A stretch of DNA of 64,000 nt, taken from Lingula anatina. Lineage: Eukaryota > Animalia > Brachiopoda. Positions 51,511 to 64,000 of this stretch are shown here, piece after piece. Made by a program: the position numbers and the translations under genes. The stretch's first letter is position 1. Each line of letters starts with the position of its first letter. A model generated the notes under the pieces. It made no database searches, was not told where the DNA came from, and saw nothing but the letters and a program-made list of their open reading frames with translations. The DNA lies in NCBI GenBank assembly GCA_051362555.1, contig CM120645.1:13640001-13704000 (forward strand). Direction: 5' to 3'.

Positions 51511-54500
51511 CTTCTTGGTGGAAATGATAATGAATACCCTCAAGAATTGTTTGCCCTAAAAGACGTATAACGTGCATATAGTTTGGTGCATGTTTCCACA
51601 TCATAAATAACGATTTGAGTAATGTTAGGCGATGGGCATGTAACATGAGCATATGTTACGTGTGTAATTCATGTACATGTATTAGATTATCATACTTTTT
51701 GATTCAAAGGGCTGAATTGAAACCGGGCTCAGGGAAAAGTCGCGGAGTTGCGCTTTGGGTTTGAGCAGAGTTAATAGTCGCAGTATTATCTCTGTAATCA
51801 ACATACCGTACCCATCATGCTGTATTATGTTATTAAAACAGGCATATAACGCAGATTTTGTTGAATATGATACACAAAAACAACATATTTACAAGATAAA
51901 ACACTCCAAATAAACAAGATATATTTCAAATTCAACGTCAAACACACGCCCCAGTACGTAGTGTAGCCGACACGACAGAAATTATAAATAAGTTATAATT
52001 TTCATATTTCCACGATGTTCTTATGTTTTGTTCAGATTGTGTTAGATGAGAAAATACTAACAGTGCTCAATACGGTTATGTGTTCAATTATTCATATGGT
52101 CAGTTGTAAAAACGGCGATGTCGAACGTGCTCTGGGCGGTCATTTATTACTCACTGGCAGAGTGAAGGTATGGTTTGATATTTAATGTAGCTTGTGTAAA
52201 AATTTATTAACTTATTTTAATGTAACTTTGGTCTCACTTTACTTAGAAGAATCTTTGTTTATTATTATTATTATAGTTATTTTTATTATAATTTACATGA
52301 TTTTCATAATTAGAATTAGTCATGTAGGGCTATGGGCATTGTGTTCATGTTCTGGTATTTTTTGCCTTAGAGACAAGGCATTTTCATGAATAACACGTAC
52401 AAATATTTTTACTTCATTAATAAGTTGCAGTAACAATTCAGATGGTCCGCGTAACAACTAAAGCAAAAGTAAATATCATCCCCACACATAGGAGGATCTA
52501 CTGAAGGTGAGGGATGGCTTGTGTAGCTATCGAGTGTGGCCCAGATGCACTCCCTTATCCCCACCTCAGCCCACATCTACCCCACATAGCATTTGATTCG
52601 AAAAAAAAGAAGTCTTCTTTAAGGGGAAGATAATCCTAAGCTGCAAAAGACACAAGAGGTAACTACGTGATACGTTGTTCTGTATGCAACTTTAACGTGA
52701 TAAACGCGACACTGACTAAAGTTTCGGTAAAGACAGCGTTTATAAAAGAAACATATATATGTAGGTGTACATGTAGCTACAGCAGTCATCTACACGAGAC
52801 CCAAAGGGGAATAATTCAACTCATGAAAACATGCGAATTCTTGCTTTAGAAGCTAGCACACTTAAATGTATTATATCTGTTCATATCTCTGAACGTTATT
52901 CGTTGTCCAAACTGGCATGACATGACAGAGAGTGATGCCACCTCAGGGCCCGCCGCGCCCTTTTTTTTTCTTTTAAACTAACAGTCCAGAGAAGTGTCAT
53001 TTTAAAAATATAATAGGGGTCATGTGACGCATTTTGAATCGTGGAGGTTATACATCTGAGTATTCGGGGTACATGTACAGCACATCTTCAAACGCGCAAT
53101 CCTTGTCCTTTTAATTCAACAGCAAAGGTTTCATATTGAAGAGTCTCATCACGGTTCAAGCATTAATTGTGATATCTTATTCCACCGAGTAACAAAACTT
53201 ATAAACCCACACACTAACAGTCAGTGTCATGACCATTTATCCACCTATCTTTGGTATTGTATAGCATTTACAAAGATTTTTAACTTCCGGTCTTGTTAAT
53301 CTGTTAGTTTAATGAATTTCGACTTTCCAACTTCACACACTATGTGTGGTTCAAAATTATTTTTTTTAAATAATTAAAAATTATAAACGGATTCTACGTT
53401 TCACAAGCTATTACGGGGGTTCTGTTTTTCAATGTGAACCCTCAGATTCAGAAACCAGGGGTTCTGAGAAACAGAGGGTCCCGAACTTCCATTAATCATT
53501 CTCGTCACAAATGTGTATTTATCATGCATTTTGTTGTAGTCTTTGCAGTCAAGATAAACGATTTAAGAATTTAGGGCGTTTTCTTCAAGCCTCACTTTAG
53601 TTCTAGACGTACACCATCTTCATAGTGTATTAGAAAGGTGGGACTGAATCAACCATTTTGTCTTGCAGACCAGTGACCTTTACACGTACAAAATTAGAAA
53701 ACAAACGACCTAAGTCAGTCCAATTACCTTCATTTGTACTACTAAACCCGCTGTTGGGAGTCACTTTTGTTGTTAATTTTTTTCAGTAATCTATCAACAC
53801 CAGTACTTGACCTAGGCTGGGGACATGCCATCTAGCAAGTCCCCGTTCCCCCAGAATAAGGTCGACCTTGATACATGCTCTAGTAAATCCCCCGTCACAC
53901 TAATTCGGAAAAAGCAGGAATCAATTGCAAGCAGAACCAGCTGGAATGACTAGATTAAAAAATGCACCTAAATTCTTATAAGAATGCCATTGGAATATTC
54001 AGAATGCACTTGAACTAGGCAGGTCAGGTCACACCGCTTACGCAGTCAAAAACGGGAAGAAATCTAACCTCGCTGTTTGTTTTCCATGATAAGTTGATAA
54101 CTTTCAATATTTGGGTCCTATGATAAATATGAAAATATATTTAAAAAGTGCATTGAAAGAGCTTTCTAAGGATATGTGTAACAATGTATCATTTCTCCGC
54201 TGTAAGCCTCCAGCCACGAAAATGCTGCGACAAATCGCCGGTGATTTCACTTCCTCGTTTAGTATCCACTATTTACGAATTTTGCTCAACCTGCGCGTTT
54301 CGCGCCATTTTTCCAAAAGCTCCGTACGGCGTCCCGGATGTTATTTCCTCGTATTTAGCCACATATTCATGCGGAGAATGAACCAACTGTTCGACTGGGG
54401 GTTACAGAAGTTTATTTAACCGAAAACAGCAACCACAACTAGCTTGTAAAGTTTTTAATCGTGTTTTAGAGTTAGAGTAACGAAGTTCTGAAAATTCTGT

Positions 54501-55974
54501 TACCCCTACCTAGATAATTTAACTAATTCTTGGTACAATTTAGTTATTTATTTATCATTTTTTATGGTAAGACAGAGCCGTAACAGTCGTTAGAAAATCA
54601 GTGACTTTGATCTTACCGCAAACAAAATGGCGGACGCACCAAGCTGTTCTGCTGATGAAAAAGCAACTGCACTTTTAGCACCCAAAGAGGATCAAGATAT
54701 CAGAATGTCTATTCAGAAATTCTTTGAATTGTTCACGAAACCCAATGATATTGATAAAACGTCTGCAATTCAAGAATATAGAGGTTTTTTTTTCAAACAA
54801 AGTATAAAATTACGTATGCCTTTGAACTTGTTAGTGAACATAAGGGGGAATCTTTATTAAAATCATGATGATATGCAATAACTCTAGAATGGTTTATGAC
54901 AGTCGAAAAAAAGTGAACAAAAAAAAGTTTTTTTTTTTTTTTCTTAACAACAATAAAAAGGGAAAATTCCTAAAACTGCCATTACGTTATGACAGTCTCT
55001 CCAAAAAAATCGCGCTGGTTTTTGTATTACCTACCTGCTATGATGTCCAATATCAATTTAAGTTTATTGACAAAATTATAACTTACCAAAATCGGATATT
55101 ATTTATTTTCATTGTGCATTCTGGCATTTTTACTAGTTCAACCTTAAAATCGTGTAGTTTCTATATATTTACATGTATGTTCTTTTTTTAGCTATCAGTA
55201 TTTAATAACCGTCATTATCATCAGTATTATATGCATTTAATCTTTGATTATCTGTTTAAATATTTAATTATATATGTACATTTTCTATATTTCTCTCTTT
55301 GAGTCAATAAAAGCATTAAAAAAAGTTAAGACACCGACTTTTAGGCATCCTGCTCCTTTCTCTCTATTCCCATACTGCCCCCCCCCCCCCCACACACACA
55401 CACACACTCATATACAGGCAGTATAATACTAATTCGAAGTGTACATCGTTTATACTGTCAGTTGCCTTGGACGATGGTACACGTAGTAGACACATTATGG
55501 ACCGGTAAAACAGGAGTGGTAGTACTAGGAATGAATCCCAGGGTCTCAATACGGATAATACAGGTCATATCACGTGGGTATTTTACTCATTGGACTTTCT
55601 ATTATATTGTTTTTAATTACAGGACCTATGAGTACTGGGCTTGGAATCGGATTATCTGCAGGAGTTGCAGTTAAAGTTGTAACTGCTTTGGCCTATGAAC
55701 TACTACTACAGGCCTACCCAACTACCAGACGCGGCACCTACGGATCCTGAATAAACCGGTATGTCAGACCACACTACCCGTTTTCAAGGTGTGTGTCAGA
55801 TCGCATTACGGAGTATCAGCCACTTCACTCATTTTGCCTGGCGCGCAATGTGATAGCGATGATCCTAAGCGATACCCGGATGACAGGAAGGCCTACACAA
55901 TTTGTGATGGGGCATGATACTGGTAATTGGGTAGGCCTGTACTACGACGAATGTAAGCATCTTCTACCCTGTGC

Positions 55975-57050
55975 CCACGTTGAAGTTAAGACTTAAGATC
56001 ATCAATGCAACATTTATGTCTGAACGTAAACTGTGTATGGGCTCTTATTATACGACGTACACATACATGTCCCTGTATAAGCGTGAATTAACGAGAGGTA
56101 GGACTGATCCGCCTTCTCAGTCAGCATCTGTTTACCGCCAGTAGATTTTGACAATAAAACAGTACATTCACATTGCTCGGGGTAAAGATTTGTATAAAAC
56201 GTACTTAGGGATACTTAAATGTCAAAAAGGCTTTTCAGAAGTATCAAACAGACAGACATCAACTGACCACCAAATCTGGCTGACCAATACACATGAAGTA
56301 TGAAATAGTTGACTAGAAATGTTTTTACAATGACAGACAATAGAAAATGACCATCTTCCCAGCGTCACTAGGTTTAAGCCCCAAGATTTACTTAACCATC
56401 TCTGTATCAATTATCACGTAATTTCTTACATGATTATCTTATTAATAAATTTGCGGTGCATTAAGTAACATGACTTTTACTTTACTTGTAATAGATACGT
56501 ATCTACATAGTACATGCACATGTATACTTGCTGTTAAAACGAGCTTTCATTGTGAATTAATTCATGTTATTTTCCAGATCAGCAGCCACTATTTCTGCAC
56601 CTGAGAAAGGCATATATAACACAATTATCACAAACCCAGATGGACGCAAAAACTTATTCCCAGCTACCAAACTCGGAATCAAATGCTCCCGCAAACTACT
56701 GCACTCACGAGATTTCAAACAAAAGCGATAGCGGTTACTTGAACACCCATTGTTGTGAAGGCGACATACATTTACAAAATCCAACAGAAGAGGACACGTG
56801 TGATTTTGTAAGAATGGTGCAAAATGATATATATATATGCCTCCAACCTTGATATCGACGACACAGAGACCATGGTGCAGAATTACAGCTGTGGTGACGG
56901 CACGGTAGAAAATGAACTGTATATGTACAGTGAATAATGAATGGGTTTCCAATTACAGAAGCATCCCTAGCTTGATCATATAGGATATCTTAACGCAAAG
57001 CAATGTTCAGATCTCTGAATAAAACAATCGGCAAGAGTGGCAGATATCAA
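55975..57050 (+). pseudogene. Decayed duplicate of the last intron and last exon of the PLAT membrane-protein gene
   Basis: Colinear similarity to ~37800-38990. The exon homologue at 56578-56937 has a ~100-bp deletion after ACAAACCCA and frameshifts; upstream exons were not found. Confidence 0.85.
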
Positions 57051-58301
57051 AACATTCCATCATACAACCTACGAATTACAGGGTAATTATCCAATAAATA
57101 TAAAGAATACTTGCAAGCAATATGCCTTTCAATATACACCAAGATCAAACATCGATAGACTGTTAAAACAAAATGGAAGAAAATTTCCTCAATTTTTTTT
57201 TCTTCTCATGGATACGCAAATTGTTTTTGGTAAGCAAAAATTGTGGATGATTTTTTACTATTGTTTTGGTCATTTTAATAAATAGATAAATGATATAATA
57301 TGATGCGTATTACTGTTAATACGTATATATAAAACGTTACGGCATACTATAACTATCTTAAATTTTGAATATGCAGTTTCTAAGATCATGTTTTAACACT
57401 AGCCTAATGATCTAATCGACGAAGTAAGTCCAAATACAAATATGCTCTTAATAATACCCGGCATCTTTATGCTACAAACCTAATTGTTCGATGTTTGAAA
57501 GATTACAGTAAAATAGCACCGTGTTAGCAATCACACGGCACATAGTATTATAGCTGCATTATATATTTTAAATGATTAACGATTCACAACAAGTGCATGT
57601 TCTAAGAAACAACACCATATCTTGTTAAAGAAAAAAAAATTACAGTACTTCCATTAAAGTCGCACAAGGTTTAGGATAGCGATGTGCAAAGTATTTTTTT
57701 TTCAAATCTACAAATTGACTGACTGATTAATTGATAAATACGCAACCGGTGGTAATAATTAAATAGCTATAGTATGTACACAAATTTACAAATGTACACA
57801 AATACACAATAGCACACTTTCCCATCTGTAAAGTAAACGGGCCTGAAGCCTTATGCTTGTTACACATTTTACTTACATTGGTATTACCTGTTGAGCATAA
57901 TTAAAATTTGATGTTGAATTTGCAGTTAAGCATTACGTACTTTTGCATCAGAATTGACAGTAGCCTATTTTGTGCATTGTTATTTTCAGCTTTTTGTCTG
58001 TATATTTGACAGCTTTGCTGCCTTGTTTTGTTAACGTATCTTCAGCGCGACGACGAAATGATATCTTAATTGTTGGACTATTAATAACACTTTGATAATG
58101 AAGGTCTATATCTTAAAACGGCAACAAGTTAGGGGCCTACAGGTACTCTGTACCTGTTGCAGCGTGTATAAATCATGCTTTGGTTTTCGTACCCCAGACG
58201 CACCATGTACGCATTTGCTATAATGAATTTAGGGGGTGGGGATGAATAATCTGTAATGAGATTGGTGTATTTTCTGTAATCCTCACTTCAGTAAAGCCTT
58301 C

Positions 58302-58306
<5 letters not shown>

Positions 58307-58346
<40 letters not shown>
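58307..58346. repeat. (TG)n microsatellite
   Basis: Directly visible. Confidence 0.95.
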
Positions 58347-58348
<2 letters not shown>

Positions 58349-60669
58349 GGGGCGGGACTGGATCCGCCATTTTGATTTGCGGAATATTCACGTTCTACTA
58401 TTTTATAATGTTTTAAATTATAAAATGGACGACGTGCATGAAGGTCAAGTCAATGACCTTCATTTATAATACATGTGCATAGAACTGTTTTTAGAGTCAA
58501 CATCTTTTGGTGTTTTTGTTCAATTTGAAGCTAAGACAGTTATAATTACGTCAGTGTTCGTTTTAGCCTTGTGACATCACATCTAGCAAGTTCAGAAGAT
58601 TGCGTCTTCAAAAATTATGCCGTTTTGAAAACAAGTGTAGTTTGGTTAACAACTCAACTTCGGCCAAGCATTTTTCCTTTGATGATCTTATTATCACCCA
58701 ATAATCAAACTATTGACCACGCTAAAACCTTCTACCAGTAGTTTATGATGAAATATTTGGGTTTCTGTCGTTTAAATCAGTTGTAATTGACAGGGGATCC
58801 CATTGAGTGTACTGCAATAGCTGAAGTAAAACCCATTTCAATTTACAAGAAACTAAAATACTTACTTTTCAAATATTTTTCAAAATCTTCTTAACGTCTA
58901 TTCCAAGTCAACATGGCGTTCTCAGGTGATCAGGGGACTGGGTCCGCGTCATCGATATATTTATACAAATAAACAGATAAGTTATTTGGCAGGTCATTTC
59001 AGGCACACGCCACATGATAAAAAGTTGTAGTACATACTGTACATTGAACGTGCCATTTTCCTATTTAAATCTACAGTTGGAGGACGGATATATGTATAAT
59101 ATGAAGGAGATGTAATATTCTTTCTGTTGTGAAATTGTTGAACGGGTTTATTTAGACAAGTCTGCCGGTTCATATTCCCGAAACATATTTTAAAATTAAT
59201 ATAACCAGTCTAAGTTTGTCAATCATTAAATACAGGTCAATCTTTATCTCGCAATTTAGTGACTTGCAACAATTCAAGTATTGATAATTTAATCACATAG
59301 ATAAAGGCGGACAAAGTACATAGTGAAGGATACAGCAGTAGGGCAAAGTGCACAATACCAAACGTGCTGGAAATGTAAAACATTACAGGTCCGTATGCAC
59401 TGGAAGGGGGGGGGGGGGGCGTTTGAGCGAACCACCTTTTTAGCCAGAAAAGATCAACATGGAAAACAAATTTGATATAGGTTTCATGTACTTTCTGTGG
59501 AGGTCAATTTCTCACTTTTCTTCAAAATGTTTTTCAAATTGCTGCATGCCCACAGGCCTGACACTGCGTTGACCTTGTTAAACGAGTGGCCATAGCGTTG
59601 ACAAACTGTGTCAACTTGCAACGTGCCTTGGCAGTGGTTTGATAAAACAAACAAAGTTCCAGACAAAATTAACTGCATGAGGGCAGACTGATGATTAATA
59701 CTGATTACTAAGCACCTATTTCAAAGTCGCTGCACCTAGGGAATGGAGCTTACTCCCATTTTTACATGTACTACGTAGGAAAGACCTCGGCGATTTTTAG
59801 AAGGAAACTAAAGACTTTAAAATTATTTATAATTATTTGTATAATTTTGATGTAATTCTAACAAACAAATTTTTTATGTGAGTGATGAGGCGACATTTTT
59901 AATTGCTACATTGTTTGTATCAATAAATGTTCATGTTTTAATCACTTTTCTCTTTTCTTTCGCGTTCGATTTTTTATCATTAATAATTCACTTTACATCG
60001 TAAAGTCTACTAAACAAGTTCGGATTTTAGATTAAATAAATATTATTATTATCTAGACAAGTTTTGTTCCAATATTAATTGGAAGTTTGCCATTTCCTTC
60101 TAATCGTTATAAACGTTTATCTTATATGGTAGTTATTTAAACAACTTGAACATCTGTCGATTATTTTCCACAAAAATTTTGTTTCCCACGTTTTATTATG
60201 TTTATTGAGAAAAAAGTTACTGTAACAGCCTTTACATCTTATTAGTCCAAGTACAATGAATAATTTTACCATGAGAATCTCTTCTCTAAAATGAAAAGTT
60301 TTCTCCGTTAAATTAGCAAAGAAGAAGAAGAACAGGTTCACAGTTGATGTCAAAGAATAGGCAAACAATGCACTCTACACTATTCTGTTCACAGAATGGC
60401 AACTATTTACTTGATGTAGTTTATATAATTTAACACTTAAAAAGTTGCTGTAAAATAATTACGGTACTGTAACAAAGAGAGGATGTAATGCACAGATGTT
60501 TCTTCCGATTCAGAATCTATAGTATACAACGTCCAGTAAGACAAACATTGATCCCGTGAACACTGTCATTAAAAAGGTAAGCAGTGACACTCTCTGCCAA
60601 CACTTCTCCATGTCTAAGTCTTAATATAATACTGATCAACATAAACAAAATACACTGCTCCATTAGTGT

Positions 60670-60878
60670 ACAATCTGTGGTCATGCTTCTTCTCATGTTT
60701 CAGAGCAGACCACCTGTCAGAAATCCTGGGGCCTCATATTTTGCAGCCAAACGGCTTCTCTCCAGTGTGAATGTGCAAGTGCTCTTTGAGATAATGAAGG
60801 CGAGAAAACGTCTTTGGACAAAATGTGCAGAAGAATGGCCTTTCCCCTCTGTTTTTTTCTGATGTTTATTTAAGTCAC
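60670..60878 (-). pseudogene. Frameshifted duplicate of the C2H2 zinc-finger exon at 61707-61925
   Basis: High nucleotide similarity to 61707-61925 including the acceptor site; small deletions break the frame after GDLNKHQKK. Confidence 0.85.
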
Positions 60879-61049
60879 CTACAACAAAGAAAAAACACAA
60901 CCCATAGCTCAATTAGCATACAAATCATCAGAGGACAGTGTCACCATGGTGGCCGGTTCAGGAATCTCATGACCTGGGTCTGGTCTTGTCATGGGCGATA
61001 TCAGCGCCCCTGTGTGGCCAATGGTATCAACAGCGTTGTTCACATAGGC

Positions 61050-62350
61050 TATTCCTCTGTGTGTGTGTGGCAGATGTAGTCACTGTTTGTATAACATCAA
61101 CTGGATTTTGTCTTTGAAGCATGGAGATGAACTGCTGGTGATTGGTGGAGGATGCTTAAATGTAGAATAATGTTATTTTTCACAACTATTTGAAAATGGG
61201 GAAAAATTTGGATTTACAGAAAACAGACCCCAAAAACTGACTGAATGTTTGATTATGTGTTGCAAAACCAGTGTTTTACAATTTTTTTTCATTCAGTTAA
61301 AAAAAAAAAAACATTTAGGTTGATTCTGAAACTAAGCAATTTTATGCAACTGTACATATGAACATTGAGAAACAAAAATAAATAGATTGCAATCTCACAT
61401 ATTCTTTTTTATCTGTCACTTTTAAAATGTTCTCTGAATCTGTTACTTCCTGCGTCTAAAAAACTTAATTTACCCATTTCATCCTTAATAACAAAAGTCA
61501 CTGATGGCTGTGGATTGTCTTGGGCCTGACCTAAAGTGCCCCCTGTTGGGAATTGTGACAGTAAAAGGCAGCGGAGACCTGAAAAATAAAGGACATACAT
61601 GTAACAGTCACTTCACTTCAATAAACATCTGTAACACACATTGTATTTTAAATTTCCTTCAATATTTTATGTTATAACAAAACCACAAAATAAATATTAG
61701 ACTCACTTTGTTGACGTTCTGTGTGGTCATGCTTCTTCTCATGTTTCAGAGTAGACGACCTGTCAGAAAACTTGGCGCCACATATTTTGCAACCAAACGG
61801 CTTCTCTCCAGTGTGAATGTGCATGTGTTCTTTGAGATAATGAAGGCGAGTAAACGTCTTTGGACAAAATGTACACAAGAAAGGCCTTTCCCCTGTGTGT
61901 TTTTTCTGGTGTCTATTTAAGTCACCTACAAAAAAGAAAAAGTCAATGAAGCTACATTGTATAACATGCTCATAAAAATTAACATCAAATTCCATACTTT
62001 AAAAATAACAATAATCATAACAGTGTTTCTCTCCGTACAATCTTTAAATATGAAGTTTAGGGTGTGGCTACTATCACTAACTATACAATAAATCATAACA
62101 ATACAATGTACCATATTAAAAAATTAAATATCTGATATGAAAAGCACCTTTAAGTTACCTTTATTTACAAACTTCATAGGACACTCCTCACACTTGTAAT
62201 TGCGGATATTTTTATGGCGCTTGCAGGTTTGTTTTCTGTGCGAAGGCTTTCCCACAGCAGTCACACAGGTGATTCTTCTGGTTAATATGGGTGGCTAGGT
62301 GACTCTTTAGGCTGCCTGACTGCATGGATGCCTTAGGCACATAGTGTGCT
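61050..62350 (-). pseudogene. C2H2 zinc-finger gene 3' fragment, probably a pseudogene
   Basis: Intact exon 61925-61707 ([36 protein letters not shown]). The upstream exon (~62350-62159: SLKSHLATH..CDCCGKAFAQKTNLQ / YKCEECPMKF) has deletions that remove a His and shift the frame. Possible further exons near 61578-61474 and 61155-61050. No 5' exons were recognised. Confidence 0.65.
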
Positions 62351-63499
62351 TCTGCATATGAAAAATGTATTACGTAGCTTATCTGCTTTCATATATTTTA
62401 GCATAGAGACCCCTTTGCGATTAAGTTTGAAATATTTTAGGCAATATTGCCACTAAATTTAACGTACCCTTCTATATAGTCAATTTGAAAAACAATTCAA
62501 TTACTCTCAAACTTTATCTGTCAATAACATCTACTACATCAACTAGGATATCAAAAAACAAGATGTTTCATAGGTTCCAGCAAAAGAGAGAGAGAGAATT
62601 ACATAAAGGTCTTCCATCTGCTGTGCGTTTCCTCATGTGTATCTTCAAACTATTTCCCGTCATTGTAAATGGAGCTAACCAGTGCAAGACACACATATAT
62701 TAAATTTTTCGTTTTTTAGCGGATATATTTTTTCCTTGATGTTACAAATCTAACTCCTACAAACAAATACATGTATGTTGCCAACAAATATTACAAACGG
62801 ATGTTTTCATTCATATCATTTTATATATGTATTTTCCAGCATGAAAAGTAAAATTTCATTATTTTTGCTTTGAGCTTATTGTCCATTATTTATCACAAAG
62901 CTAAAGTGTCAGCGATTTTATACAAATTACGAAAGCTTCCAAGCAGTAAATATTTTTATACATGACGCATTTGTAAAAAACACATATTAGTGGTGCCTCA
63001 TGCTATTAATAACTTGTTAATGTAGCGCAAAACACACATCTCACAAACAGCCACGTAAATTTTAAAGAAACAAACGCCCATTTTACCATGTCACCAAAGC
63101 GTTGACCACATTCTTGCAGCTCTGGTGGTGATCAGCTAATTAGTAGCAAATGTTCTCATCTGGTCTTTTCTTTTTCAGATGACAATATACTATTATATAT
63201 TATTTTCATAAAATCGCCTTTTATGTTTGACGATCTGAGATCATACTGTTATATTTCCAACTTCAACAAGTTGCCTCTATGCAATTTATTTCATGAAGCG
63301 GACGTTTCAAATCACTCCCTTATTTGAGCGGCATGTGCCCTACTGTGGAAGAGTCTTCTTCTGTTAGACCCAGTTCTGCAAAGCAGGAAAACCCTCCCTT
63401 CGTCAACTGTTTAACTGAAATAGTGATTATTTTTCTTTTATATAAAAAATGATTAAAAAAGGCATTAAGTGTAGATGTATCTATTTACGGTGGCCCACA

Positions 63500-63795
63500 A
63501 GTGCACTCCAAATTCCAAACGACACTCCCAATTCTAAACCTCACACCGAATACTTAAACTTCACTCTCAATTCTTAAACCCCACTCCGAATTCGTAAACC
63601 CCACTCCGAATTCGTAAACCTCACTCCAAATTGAAAAAGCTCACTCCGAATTCGCAAACCTCACTCCGAATTCGTAAACCCCACTCCAAATTCGTAAACC
63701 TCACTCCGATTTGAAAAAGCTCACTCCGAATTCGTAAACCTCACTCCGAACTGAAAAAGCTCACTCCGAATTCGTAAACCTCACTCCGAATTCAT
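63500..63795 (+). repeat. Minisatellite of ~20-bp units (cactccgaattcgtaaacct), ~14 copies
   Basis: Directly visible, with two interspersed unit variants; flanked by weak inverted ends (tacggtggcccac at ~63486 / gttcactgccgta at ~63819), so it may be internal to a small DNA element. Confidence 0.9.
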
Positions 63796-64000
63796 ATTTT
63801 AACCCCGTTCACTGCCGTATAAAGTCGGAAGTAATATTCTAAGATGGGCTAGGGGATTTTGCCAATAGAGGGCTTCGTGTGAAAACTAGTTATTTTTCAT
63901 ACAACTTGGTGCGCTGTATTCCCATTCACAAAATGATGACGTAGACGTATGACCCTTTTAAGCTCAAGGTAATAGAAGAAATGAAGAAAATAGGGATAAA

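Noticed and set aside
54060-54860. ORFs of 102 and 77 aa in CpG-richer sequence with caaaatggcgg
   Set aside because: No recognisable domain or exon chain; it may be the interior of a non-autonomous DNA element, but I could not define termini.
63500-63795. CRISPR-like appearance of regular short repeats (also 39922-40355)
   Set aside because: Units are contiguous with no unique spacers, there are no cas genes, and the context is eukaryotic; these are minisatellites.

Overview
AT-rich, intron-containing DNA from an invertebrate animal (taxon not determinable from sequence alone). I assembled exons by hand from GT-AG sites and phase continuity. (1) The 3' seven exons of a + strand coiled-coil protein with a C-terminal TSGA13-like region (5533-20667). 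(2) Two convergently oriented paralogues of a six-exon gene with an architecture I do not recognise: CIDE-N domain, RHIM amyloid motif (IQIG), about 10 ankyrin repeats, an inserted ~70-aa RGxDRGRPAWHYVLV...GWGEDPP domain, 3 more ankyrin repeats and a C-terminal segment. Copy A (26140-32257, +) is intact at 766 aa. Copy B (46301-51510, -) has a C-terminal hydrophobic anchor and is frameshifted by a MITE. (3) Between them, a type I membrane protein with signal peptide, PLAT/LH2 domain, Thr-rich stalk, TM helix and Tyr-motif tail (34159-38884), plus a decayed duplicate of its last exon near 56.6-56.9 kb. (4) A young gag-only Gypsy LTR element with apparently identical LTRs, nested in a TIR element. 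(5) An L2-like LINE fragment, several MITEs, a foldback element and decayed C2H2 zinc-finger exons. The best candidate for a new system is the CIDE-N/RHIM/ankyrin gene pair, a possible polymerising innate-immune or cell-death adaptor. No database search was run; domain calls come from recalled motif consensus.
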